A stretch of 64,000 nucleotides of DNA, from positions 6,944,001 through 7,008,000 of the forward strand of contig OZ024742.1 in the NCBI GenBank assembly GCA_964016885.1, given 5' to 3'. Below the pieces are notes generated by a model. That model did not search any database. It saw only the letters and a program-made list of their open reading frames with translations, and was not told where the DNA came from. The translations under genes were made by a program, and so were the position numbers. Of this stretch, positions 1 to 13,075 are shown in pieces. The first letter of the stretch is position 1. Every line of letters starts with the position of its first letter. Origin of the DNA: Eledone cirrhosa (taxonomy: Eukaryota).

Positions 1-2800
1 GGTAATATACTGTCACCAACATCCAGTTCAGCCTTTCTCTGGTAATATACTTTCACCAACATCCAGTTCAGCCTCTCTCTGGGAATAAACTGTCACTACC
101 ATCCAGTTCAGCCTCTCTCTGGTAATATACCGTCACCAACATCTAGTTCAGCCTCTTTCTGGTAATATACTGTCACCAACATCCAGTTCAGCCTCTCTGT
201 GGTAATATACTGTCACCAACATACAGTTCAGCCTCTCTCTGGTACTATACTGTCACCAACATGCAGTTCAGACTCTCTCTGGTAATATACTCTCACCAAC
301 ATCCAGTTCAGCTTCTCTCTGGTAATATACTGTCACCAACATCCAGTTCAGCTTCTCTCTGGTAATATACTCTCACCAACATCCAGTTCAGCTTCTCTCT
401 GTTAATATACTGTCACCACCATCCAGTTCAGCCTCCCTCTGGTAATATACTGTCACCGACACCCAGTCCAGCTTCTCTCTGTTAATATACTGTCACCAAC
501 ATCCAGTTCAGCTTCTCTCTGGTAATATACTGTCACCAACACCCAGTTCAGCTTCTCTCTGTTAATATACTGTCACCAACACACAGTTCAGCTTCTCTCT
601 CGTGATATACTGTCACCAACATCCAGTTCAGCTTCTCTCTGGTAATATACTGTCACCAACATCCAGTTTAGTTTCTCTCTGGTAATATAGTGTCACCAAC
701 ATCTAGTACAGCTTCTCTCTGGTAATATACTGTCACCAACATCCAGTTCAACTTCACTCCGGTGATATACGGTCACCAACATCCAGTTCAATTTCTCTCT
801 GGTAATATACTGTCACCAACATCCAGTTCAGCATTTCTCTGGTAATATACTGTCACCAACATCCAGTTCAGCCTCTTTCTGGTAATATACTGTCACCAAC
901 ATCCAGTTCAGCCTTTTTCTGGTAATATACTGTCACCAACATCCAGTTCAGCCTCTCGCTGGTAATATACTGTCACCACCATCCAGTTCAGCCTCTCTAT
1001 GGTAATATACTGTCACCAACATCTAGTTCAGCCTCTTTCTGGTAATATACTGTCACCAACATCCAGTTCAGCCTTTCTCTGGTAATATACTGTCACCAAC
1101 ATCCAGTTCAGCCTCTCTGTGGTAATATACTGTCACCAACATGCAGTTCAGCCTCACTCTGGTGATATACTGTCACCAACATCCAGTTCAGGTTCTCTCT
1201 GGTAATATACTGTCACCAACATCCAGTTTAGTTTCTCTCTGGTAATATAGTGTCACCAACATCCAGTTTAGTTTCTCTCTGGTAATATAGTGTCACCAAC
1301 ATCTAGTACAGCCTCTCTCTGGTAATATACTGTCACCAACATCCAGTTCAGCTTCACTCCGGTGATATACGGTCACCAACATCCAGTTCAATTTCTCTCT
1401 GGTAATATACTGTCACCAACATCCAGTTCAGCCTTTCTCTGGTAATATACTGTCACCAACATCCAGTTCAGCCTCTCTCTGGTAATATACTGTCACCATC
1501 ATCCAGTTCAGCCTCTCTCTGGTAATATACTGTCACCACCATCCAGTTCAGCCACTCTCTGGTAATATACTATCACCACCATCCAGTTCAGCCTCTCTCT
1601 GGTAATATACTGTCACAAACTTCCAGTTCAGCCTATCTCTGGTAATATACTGTCACTACCATCCAGTTCAGCCTCTCTCTGGTAATATACTGTCACTACC
1701 ATCCAGTTCAGCCTCTTTCTGGTAATATACTGTCACCAACATCCAGTTCAGCCTTTCTCTGGTAATATACTGTCACAAACATCCAGTTCAGTCTCTCTCT
1801 GGTAATATACTGTCACCACCATCCAGTTCAGCCTCTCTATGGTAATATACTGTCACCAACTTCTAGTTCAGCCTCTTTCTGGTAATATACTGTCACCAAC
1901 ATCCAGTTCAGCCTTTCTCTGGTAATATACTGTCACCAACATCCAGTTAGCCTCTCTCTGGTAATATACTGTCACTACCATCCAGTTCAGCCTCTCTCTG
2001 GTAATATACTGTCACAAACATCCAGTTCAGCCTCTTTCTGGTAATATACTGTCACTACCATCCAGTTCAGCCTCTTTCTGGTAATATACTGTCACCAACA
2101 TCCAGTTGAGCCTTTCTCTGGTAATATACTTTCACCGACATCCAGTTCAGACTCTCTCTGGTAATATACTGTCACCACCATCCAGTTCAGCCTCTCGATG
2201 GTAATATACTGTCACCAACATCTAGTTCAGCCTCTTTCTGGTAATATACTGTCACCAACATCCAGTTCAGCCTTTCTCTGGTAATATACTCTCACCAACA
2301 TCCAGTTCAGCCTCTGTCTGGTAATATACTGTTACAAACATACAGTTCAGCCTCTCTCTGGGAATATACTGTCACTACCATCCAGTTCAGCCTCTCTCTG
2401 GTAATATACTGTCACCAACATCCAGTTCAGCCTCTCTGTGGTAATATACTGTCACAAACATACAGTTCAGCCTCTCTCTGGTACTATACTGTCACCAACA
2501 TGCAGTTCATCCTCTCTCTGGTAATATACTCTCACCAACATACAGTTCAGCTTCTCTCTGGTAATATACTGTCACCAACATCCAGTTCAGCTTCTCTCTG
2601 GTAATATACTCTCACCAACATCCAGTTCAGCTTCTCTCTGTTAATATACTGTCACCAACATCCAGTTAAGCCTTTCTCTGGTAATATACTGTCACCAACA
2701 TCCAGTTCAGCCTCTCTCTGGTAATATACTGTCATCACCATCCAGTTCAGCCTCTCTCTGGTAATATACTGTCACCAACATCCAGTTCAACGTCTCTCTG

Positions 2801-5800
2801 GTAATATACTGTCACCACCATCCAGTTCAGCCTCTCTATGGTAATATACTGTCACGAACATCTAGTTCAGCCTCTTTCTGGTAATATACTGTCACCAACA
2901 TCCAGTTCAGCCTTTCTCTGGTAATATACTGTCACCAACATCCAGTTCAGCCTCTCTCTGGGAATATACTGTTACTACCATCCAGTTCAGCCTCTCTCTG
3001 GTAATATACTGTCACAAACATCCAGTTCAGCCTCTCTCTGGTAATATACTGTCACTACCATCCAGCTCAGCCTCTTTCTGGTAATATACTGGCACCAACA
3101 TCCAGTTCAGACTTTCTCTGGTAATATACTGTCACCAACATCCAGTTCAGCCTCTCTCTGGTAACATACTGACACCACCATCCAGTTCAGCCTCTCTCTG
3201 GTAATATACCGTCACCAACATCTAGTTCAGCCTCTTTCTGGTAATATACTGTCACCAACATCCAGTTCAGCCTTTCTCTGGTAATATACTTTCACCAACA
3301 TCCAGTTCAGCCTCTCTCTGGGAATAAACTGTCACTACCATCCAGTTCAGCCTCTCTCTGGTAATATACCGTCACCAACATCTAGTTCAGCCTCTTTCTG
3401 GTAATATACTGTCACCAACATCCAGTTCAGCCTCTCTGTGGTAATATACTGTCACCAGCATACAGTTCAGCCTCTCTCTGGTACTATACTGTCACCAACA
3501 TGCAGTTCAGACTCTCTCTGGTAATATACTCTCACCAACATCCAGTTCAGCTTCTCTCTGGTAATATACTCTCACCAACATCCAGTTCAGCTTCTCTCTG
3601 GTAATATACTCTCACCAACATCCAGTTCAGCTTCTCTCTGTTAATATACTGTCACCACCATCCAGTTCAGCCTCCCTCTGGTAATATACTGTCACCGACA
3701 CCCAGTCCAGCTTCTCTCTGTTAATATACTGTCACCAACATCCAGTTCAGCTTCTCTCTGGTAATATACTGTCACCAACACCCAGTTCAGCTTCTCTCTG
3801 TTAATATACTGTCACCAACACACAGTTCAGCTTCTCTCTCGTGATATACTGTCACCAATATTCGGTTCAGCTTCTCTCTGGTAATATACTGTCACCAACA
3901 TCCAGTTTAGTTTCTCTCTGGTAATATACTGTCACCAACATCCAGTTCAACTTCACTCCGGTGTTATACGGTCACCAACATCCAGTTCAATTTCTCTCTG
4001 GTAATATACTGTCACCAACATCCAGTTCAGAATTTCTCTGGTAATATACTGTCACCAACATCCAGTTCAGCCTCTCTCTGGTAATATACTGTCACCACCA
4101 TCCAGTTCAGCCTCTCTCTGGTAATATACTGTCACCAATATCCAGTTCAGCGTCTCTCTGGTAATATACTGTCACCACTATCCAGTTCAGCCTCTCTCTG
4201 GTAATATACTGTCACAAACATACAGTTCAGCCTATCTCTGGTAATATACTGTCACTACCATCCAGTTCAGCCTCTCTCTGGTAATATACTGTCACCAACA
4301 TCCAGTTCAGCGTCTCTCTGGTAATATACTGTCACCACCATCCAGTTCAGCCTCTCTCTGGTAATATACTGTCACAAACATCCAGTTCAGCCTCTCTCTG
4401 GTAATATACTGTCACTACCATCCAGTTCAGCCTCTTTCTGGTAATATACTGTCACCAACATCCAGTTCAGCCTTTTTCTGGTAATATACTGTCACCAACA
4501 TCCAGTTCAGCCTCTCTCTGGTAACATACTGTCACTAACATCCAGTTCAGCCTCTCTCTGGTAATATACCGTCCCCAACATCTAGTTCAGCCTCTTTCTG
4601 GCAATATACTGTCACCAACATCCAGTTCAGCCTTTCTCTGGTAATATACTGTCACCAACATCCAATTCAGCCTCTCGCTGGTAATATACTGTCACCACCA
4701 TCCAGTTCAGCCTCTCTATGGTAATATACTGTCACCAACATCCAGTTCAGCCTCTCTCTGGTAACATACTGTCACCAACATCCAGTTCAGCCTCACTCTG
4801 GTAATATACTGTCACCAACATCCAGTTCAGCCTCTCTGTGGTAATATACTGTCACCAACATGCAGTTCAGCCTCTCTCTGGTGATATACTGTCACCAACA
4901 TCCAGTTCAGCTTCTCTCTGGTAATATACTGTCACCAACATCCAGTTTAGTTTCTCTCTGGTAATATAGTGTCACCAACATCCAGTTTAGTTTCTCTCTG
5001 GTAATATAGTGTCACCAACATCTAGTACAGCCTCTCTCTGGTAATATACTTTCACCAACATCCAGTTCAGCTTCACTCCGGTGATATACGGTCACCAACA
5101 TCCAGTTCAATTTCTCTCTGGTAATATACTGTCACCAACATCCAGTTCAGCCTTTCTCTGGTAATATACTGTCACCAACATCCAGTTCAGCCTCTCTCTG
5201 GTAATATACTGTCACCATCATCCAGTTCAGCCTCTCTCTGGTAATATACTGTCACCACCATCCAGTTCAGCCTCTCTCTGGTAATATACTGTCACCACTA
5301 TCCAGTTCAGCCTCTGTCTGGTAATATACTGTCACAAACTTCCAGTTCAGCCTATCTCTGGTAATATACTGTCACTACCATCCAGTTCAGCCTCTCTCTG
5401 GTAATATACTGTCACTACCATCCAGTTCAGCCTCTTTCTGGTAATATACTGTCACCAACATCCAGTTCAGCCTTTCTCTGGTAATATACTGTCACCAACA
5501 TCCAGTTCAGCCTCTCTCTGGTAACATACTGTCACCAACATCCAGTTCAGCCTCTCTCTGGTAATATACTGTCACCAACATCCAGTTCAGCCTCTCTCTG
5601 GTAAAATACTGTCACCACCATCCAGTTCAGCCTCTCTCTGGTAACATACCGTCACCAACATCTAGTTCAGCCTCTTTCTGGTAATATACTGTCACCAACA
5701 TCCAGTTCAGCCTTTCTCTGGTAACATACTGTCACCAACATCCAGTTCAGCCTCTCTCTGGTAATATACTGTCACCACCATCCAGTTCAGCCTCTCTATG

Positions 5801-8800
5801 GTAATATACTGTCACCAACATCTAGTTCAGCCTCTTTCTGGTAATATACTGTCACCAACATCCAGTTCAGCCTTTCTCTGGTAATATACTGTCACCAACA
5901 TCCAGTTCAGCCTCTCTCTGGGAATATACTGTTACTACCATCCAGTTCAGCCTCTCTCTGGTAATATACTGTCACAAACATCCAGTTCAGCCTCTCTCTG
6001 GTAATATACTGTCACTACCATCCAGCTCAGCCTCTTTCTGGTAATATACTGGCACCAACATCCAGTTCAGACTTTCTCTGGTAATATACTGTCAGCAACA
6101 TCCAGTTCAGCCTCTCTCTGGTAACATACTGACACCACCATCCAGTTCAGCCTCTCTCTGGTAATATACCGTCACCAACATCTAGTTCAGCCTCTTTCTG
6201 GTAATATACTGTCACCAACATCCAGTTCAGCCTTTCTCTGGTAATATACTTTCACCAACATCCAGTTCAGCCTCTCTCTGGGAATAAACTGTCACTACCA
6301 TCCAGTTCAGCCTCTCTCTGGTAATATACCGTCACCAACATCTAGTTCAGCCTCTTTCTGGTAATATACTGTCACCAACATCCAGTTCAGCCTCTCTCTG
6401 GTACTATACTGTCACCAACATGCAGTTCAGACTCTCTCTGGTAATATACTCTCACCAACATCCAGTTCAGCTTCTCTCTGGTAATATACTGTCACCAACA
6501 TCCAGTTCAGCTTCTCTCTGGTAATATACTCTCACCAACATCCAGTTCAGCTTCTCTCTGTTAATATACTGTCACCACCATCCAGTTCAGCCTCCCTCTG
6601 GTAATATACTGTCACCGACACCCAGTCCAGCTTCTCTCTGTTAATATACTGTCACCAACATCCAGTTCAGCTTCTCTCTGGTAATATACTGTCACCAACA
6701 CCCAGTTCAGCTTCTCTCTGTTAATATACTGTCACCAACACACAGTTCAGCTTCTCTCTCGTGATATACTGTCACCAATATTCGGTTCAGCTTCTCTCTG
6801 GTAATATACTGTCACCAACATCCAGTTTAGTTTCTCTCTGGTAATATAGTGTCACCAACATCCAGTTCAACTTCACTCCGGTGTTATACGGTCACCAACA
6901 TCCAGTTCAATTTCTCTCTGGTAATATACTGTCACCAACATCCAGTTCAGCATTTCTCTGGTAATATACTGTCACCAACATCCAGTTCAGCCTCTCTCTG
7001 GTAATATACTGTCACCACCATCCAGTTCAGCCTCTCTCTGGTAATATACTGTCACCAATATCCAGTTCAGCGTCTCTCTGGTAATATACTGTCACCACTA
7101 TCCAGTTCAGCCTCTCTCTGGTAATATACTGTCACAAACATCCAGTTCAGCCTATCTCTGGTAATATACTGTCACTACCATCCAGTTCAGCCTCTCTCTG
7201 GTAATATACTGTCACCAACATCCAGTTCAGCGTCTCTCTGGTAATATACTGTCACCACCATCCAGTTCAGCCTCTCTCTGGTAATATACTGTCACAAACA
7301 TCCAGTTCAGCCTCTCTCTGGTAATATACTGTCACTACCATCCAGTTCAGCCTCTTTCTGGTAATATACTGTCACCAACATCCAGTTCAGCCTTTTTCTG
7401 GTAATATACTGTCACCAACATCCAGTTCAGCCTCTCTCTGGTAACATACTGTCACTAACATCCAGTTCAGCCTCTCTCTGGTAATATACCGTCCCCAACA
7501 TCTAGTTCAGCCTCTTTCTGGCAATATACTGTCACCAACATCCAGTTCAGCCTTTCTCTGGTAATATACTGTCACCAACATCCAATTCAGCCTCTCGCTG
7601 GTAATATACTGTCACCACCATCCAGTTCAGCCTCTCTATGGTAATATACTGTCACCAACATCCAGTTCAGCCTCTCTCTGGTAACATACTGTCACCAACA
7701 TCCAGTTCAGCCTCACTCTGGTAATATACTGTCACCAACATCCAGTTCAGCCTCTCTGTGGTAATATACTGTCACCAACATGCAGTTCAGCCTCTCTCTG
7801 GTGATATACTGTCACCAACATCCAGTTCAGCTTCTCTCTGGTAATATACTGTCACCAACATCCAGTTTAGTTTCTCTCTGGTAATATAGTGTCACCAACA
7901 TCCAGTTTAGTTTCTCTCTGGTAATATAGTGTCACCAACATCTAGTACAGCCTCTCTCTGGTAATATACTGTCACCAACATCCAGTTCAGCTTCACTCCG
8001 GTGATATACGGTCACCAACATCCAGTTCAATTTCTCTCTGGTAATATACTGTCACCAACATCCAGTTCAGCCTTTCTCTGGTAATATACTGTCACCAACA
8101 TCCAGTTCAGCCTCTCTCTGGTAATATACTGTCACCATCATCCAGTTCAGCCTCTCTCTGGTAATATACTGTCACCACCATCCAGTTCAGCCTCTCTCTG
8201 GTAATATACTGTCACCACTATCCAGTTCAGCCTCTGTCTGGTAATATACTGTCACAAACTTCCAGTTCAGCCTATCTCTGGTAATATACTGTCACTACCA
8301 TCCAGTTCAGCCTCTCTCTGGTAATATACTGTCACTACCATCCAGTTCAGCCTCTTTCTGGTAATATACTGTCACCAACATCCAGTTCAGCCTTTCTCTG
8401 GTAATATACTGTCACCAACATCCAGTTCAGCCTCTCTCTGGTAACATACTGTCACCAACATCCAGTTCAGCCTCTCTCTGGTAATATACTGTCACCAACA
8501 TCCAGTTCAGCCTCTCTCTGGTAAAATACTGTCACCACCATCCAGTTCAGCCTCTCTCTGGTAATATACCGTCACCAACATCTAGTTCAGCCTCTTTCTG
8601 GTAATATACTGTCACCAACATCCAGTTCAGCCTTTCTCTGGTAACATACTGTCACCAACATCCAGTTCAGCCTCTCTCTGGTAATATACTGTCACCACCA
8701 TCCAGTTCAGCCTCTCTATGGTAATATACTGTCACCAACATCTAGTTCAGCCTCTTTCTGGTAATATACTGTCACCAACATCCAGTTCAGCCTTTCTCTG

Positions 8801-11600
8801 GTAATATACTGTCACCAACATCCAGTTCAGCCTCTCTCTGGTAATATACTGTCACAAACATCCAGTTCACCCTCTCTCTGGGAATATACTGTCACTACCA
8901 TCCAGTTCAGCCTCTCTCTGGTAATATACTGTCACAAACATCCAGTTCAGCCTCTCTCTGGTAATATACTGTCACTACCATCCAGTTCAGCCTCTTTCTG
9001 GTAATATACTGTCACCAACATCCAGTTCAGACTTTCTCTGGTAATATACTGTCACCAACATCCAGTTCAGCCTCTCTCTGGTAACATACTGACACCACCA
9101 TCCAGTTCAGCCTCTCTCTGGTAATATACCGTCACCAACATCTAGTTCAGCCTCTTTCTGGTAATATACTGTCACCAACATCCAGTTCAGCCTTTCTCTG
9201 GTAATATACTTTCACCAACATCCAGTTCAGCCTCTCTCTGGGAATAAACTGTCACTACCATCCAGTTCAGCCACTCTCTGGTAATATACCGTCACCAACA
9301 TCTAGTTCAGCCTCTTTCTGGTAATATACTGTCACCAACATCCAGTTCAGCCTCTCTGTGGTAATATACTGTCACCAACATACAGTTCAGACTCTCTCTG
9401 GTAATATACTCTCACCAACATCCAGTTCAGCTTCTCTCTGGTAATATACTGTCACCAACATCCAGTTCAGCTTCTCTCTGGTAATATACTCTCACCAACA
9501 TCCAGTTCAGCTTCTCTCTGTTAATATACTGTCACCACCATCCAGTTCAGCCTCCCTCTGGTAATATACTGTCACCGACACCCAGTCCAGCTTCTCTCTG
9601 GTAATATACTGTCACCAACATCCAGTTCAGCTTCTCTCTGGTAATATACTGTCACCAACACCCAGTTCAGCTTCTCTCTGTTAATATACTGTCACCAACA
9701 CACAGTTCAGCTTCTCTCTCGTGATATACTGTCACCAACATCCAGTTCAGCTTCTCTCTGGTAATATACTGTCACCAACATCCAGTTTAGTTTCTCTCTG
9801 GTAATATAGTGTCACCAACATCTAGTACAGCCTCTCTCTGGTAATATACTGTCACCAACATCCAGTTCAACTTCACTCCGGTGATATACGGTCACCAACA
9901 TCCAGTTCAATTTCTCTCTGGTAATATACTGTCACCAACATCCAGTTCAGCATTTCTCTGGTAATATACTGTCACCAACATCCAGTTCAGCCTCTCTCTG
10001 GTAATATACTGTCACCACCATCCAGTTCAGCCTCTCTCTGGTAATATACTGTCACCAACATCCAGTTCAGCGTCTCTCTGGTAATATACTGTCACCACCA
10101 TCCAGTTCAGCCTCTCTCTGGTAATATACTGTCACAAACATCCAGTTCAGCCTATCTCTGGTAATATACTGTCACTACCATCCAGTTCAGCCTCTCTCTG
10201 GTAATATACTGTCACCAACATCCAGTTCAGCGTCTCTCTGGTAATATACTGTCACCACCATCCAGTTCAGCCTCTCTCTCTGGTAATATACTGTCACAAA
10301 CATCCAGTTCAGCCTCTCTCTGGTAATATACTGTCACTACCATCCAGTTCAGCCTCTTTCTGGTAATATACTGTCACCAACATCCAGTTCAGCCTTTTTC
10401 TGGTAATATACTGTCACCAACATCCAGTTCAGCCTCTCTCTGGTAACATACTGTCACCAACATCCAGTTCAGCCTCTCTCTGGTAATATACCGTCCCCAA
10501 CATCTAGTTCAGCCTCTTTCTGGTAATATACTGTCACCAACATCCAGTTCAGCCTTTCTCTGGTAATATACTGTCACCAACATCCAGTTCAGCCTCTCGC
10601 TGGTAATATACTGTCACCACCATCCAGTTCAGCCTCTCTATGGTAATATACTGTCACCAACATCTAGTTCAGCCTCTTTCTGGTAATATACTGTCACCAA
10701 CATCCAGTTCAGCCTTTCTCTGGTAATATACTGTCACCAACATCCAGTTCAGCCTCTCTCTGGTAATATACTGTCACCAACATCCAGTTCAGCCTCTCTG
10801 TGGTAATATACTGTCACCAACATGCAGTTCAGCCTCTCTCTGGTGATATACTGTCACCAACATACAGTTCAGGTTCTCTCTGGTAATATACTGTCACCAA
10901 CATCCAGTTTAGTTTCTCTCTGGTAATATTGTGTCACCAACATCCAGTTTAGTTTCTCTCTGGTAATATAGTGTAACCAACATCTAGTACAGCCTCTCTC
11001 TGGTAATATACTGTCACCAACATCCAGTTCAGCTTCACTCCGGTGATATACGGTCACCAACATCCAGTTCAATTTCTCTCTGGTAATATACTGTCACCAA
11101 CATCCAGTTCAGCCTTTCTCTGGTAATATACTGTCACTAACATCCAGTTCAGCCTCTCTCTGGTAATATACTGTCACCATCATCCAGTTCAGCCTCTCTC
11201 TGGTAATATACTGTCACCACCATCCAGTTCAGCCTCTCTCTGGTAATATACTGTCACCACCATCCAGTTCAGCCTCTCTCTGGTAATATACTGTCACAAA
11301 CTTCCAGTTCAGCCTATCTCTGGTAATATACTGTCACTACCATCCAGTTCAGCCTCTCTCTGGTAATATACTGTCACTACCATCCAGTTCAGCCTCTTTC
11401 TGGTAATATACTGTCAACCCACATCCAGTTCAGCCTTTCTCTGGTAATATACTGTCACCAACATCCAGTTCAGCCTCTCTCTGGTAATATACTGTCACCA
11501 CCATCCAGTTCAGCCTCTCTATGGTAATATACTGTCACCAACATCTAGTTCAGCCTCTTTCTGGTAATATACTGTCACCAACATCCAGTTCAGCCTTGCT
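2801..11600 (+). repeat. Higher-order duplication, about 2.92-3.0 kb unit (73-75 monomers), roughly three copies, with a related partial copy at 1-1900
   Basis: GGGAATAAAC at 81, 3320, 6280 and 9240 (2,960 apart after the first). TTCGGTTCAG at 3861 and 6781, GTCCCCAACA at 4571 and 7491 (a third near 10493), and GTAAAATAC at 5601 and 8521 are each 2,920 apart. Confidence 0.85.
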
Positions 11601-13075
11601 CTGGTAATATACTGTCACCAACATCCAGTTAGCCTCTCTCTGGTAATATACTGTCACAAACATCCAGTTCAGCCTCTCTCTGGGAATATACTGTCACTAC
11701 CATCCAGTTCAGCCTCTCTCTGGTAATATACTGTCACAAACATCCAGTTCAGCCTCTTTCTGGTAATATACTGTCACTACCATCCAGTTCAGCCTCTTTC
11801 TGGTAATATACTGTCACCAACATCCAGTTCAGCCTCTCGCTGGTAATATACTGTCACCACCATCCAGTTCAGCCTCTCTATGGTAATATACTGTCACCAA
11901 CATCTAGTTCAGCCTCTTTCTGGTAATATACTGTCACCAACATCCAGTTCAGCCTTTCTCTGGTAATATACTGTCACCAACATCCAGTTCAGCCTCTCTC
12001 TGGTAATATACTGTCACCAACATCCAGTTCAGCCTCTCTGTGGTAATATACTGTCACCAACATGCAGTTCAGCCTCTCTCTGGTGATATACTGTCACCAA
12101 CATACAGTTCAGGTTCTCTCTGGTAATATACTGTCACCAACATCCAGTTTAGTTTCTCTCTGGTAATATTGTGTCACCAACATCCAGTTTAGTTTCTCTC
12201 TGGTAATATAGTGTAACCAACATCTAGTACAGCCTCTCTCTGGTAATATACTGTCACCAACATCCAGTTCAGCTTCACTCCGGTGATATACGGTCACCAA
12301 CATCCAGTTCAATTTCTCTCTGGTAATATACTGTCACCAACATCCAGTTCAGCCTTTCTCTGGTAATATACTGTCACTAACATCCAGTTCAGCCTCTCTC
12401 TGGTAATATACTGTCACCATCATCCAGTTCAGCCTCTCTCTGGTAATATACTGTCACCACCATCCAGTTCAGCCTCTCTCTGGTAATATACTGTCACCAC
12501 CATCCAGTTCAGCCTCTCTCTGGTAATATACTGTCACAAACTTCCAGTTCAGCCTATCTCTGGTAATATACTGTCACTACCATCCAGTTCAGCCTCTCTC
12601 TGGTAATATACTGTCACTACCATCCAGTTCAGCCTCTTTCTGGTAATATACTGTCAACCCACATCCAGTTCAGCCTTTCTCTGGTAATATACTGTCACCA
12701 ACATCCAGTTCAGCCTCTCTCTGGTAATATACTGTCACCACCATCCAGTTCAGCCTCTCTATGGTAATATACTGTCACCAACATCTAGTTCAGCCTCTTT
12801 CTGGTAATATACTGTCACCAACATCCAGTTCAGCCTTGCTCTGGTAATATACTGTCACCAACATCCAGTTAGCCTCTCTCTGGTAATATACTGTCACAAA
12901 CATCCAGTTCAGCCTCTCTCTGGGAATATACTGTCACTACCATCCAGTTCAGCCTCTCTCTGGTAATATACTGTCACAAACATCCAGTTCAGCCTCTTTC
13001 TGGTAATATACTGTCACTACCATCCAGTTCAGCCTCTTTCTGGTAATATACTGTCACCAACATCCAGTTCAGCCT
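10561..13075 (+). repeat. Tandem duplication, 1,240-bp unit (31 monomers), two copies, apparently identical
   Basis: Identical minus-strand ORFs at 10869 and 12109. Shared rare variants 1,240 apart: TAATATTGTG, GTGTAACC, the +1 indel TCAACCC (about 11417/12657), CCTTGCT and the C deletion (about 11631/12871). Confidence 0.93.

Noticed and set aside
4-10. AATATAC/TAATAT as a TATA or -10 promoter element
   Set aside because: It is a short AT-rich motif repeated about 1,600 times as part of the monomer, with no downstream gene or other promoter evidence.
10869-12312. Two identical 67-aa minus-strand ORFs (10869-11072 and 12109-12312)
   Set aside because: They are translations of the satellite in which local variants remove the two TGA stops per 120 bp. 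They are identical because of the 1,240-bp duplication. No gene context or recognisable domain.
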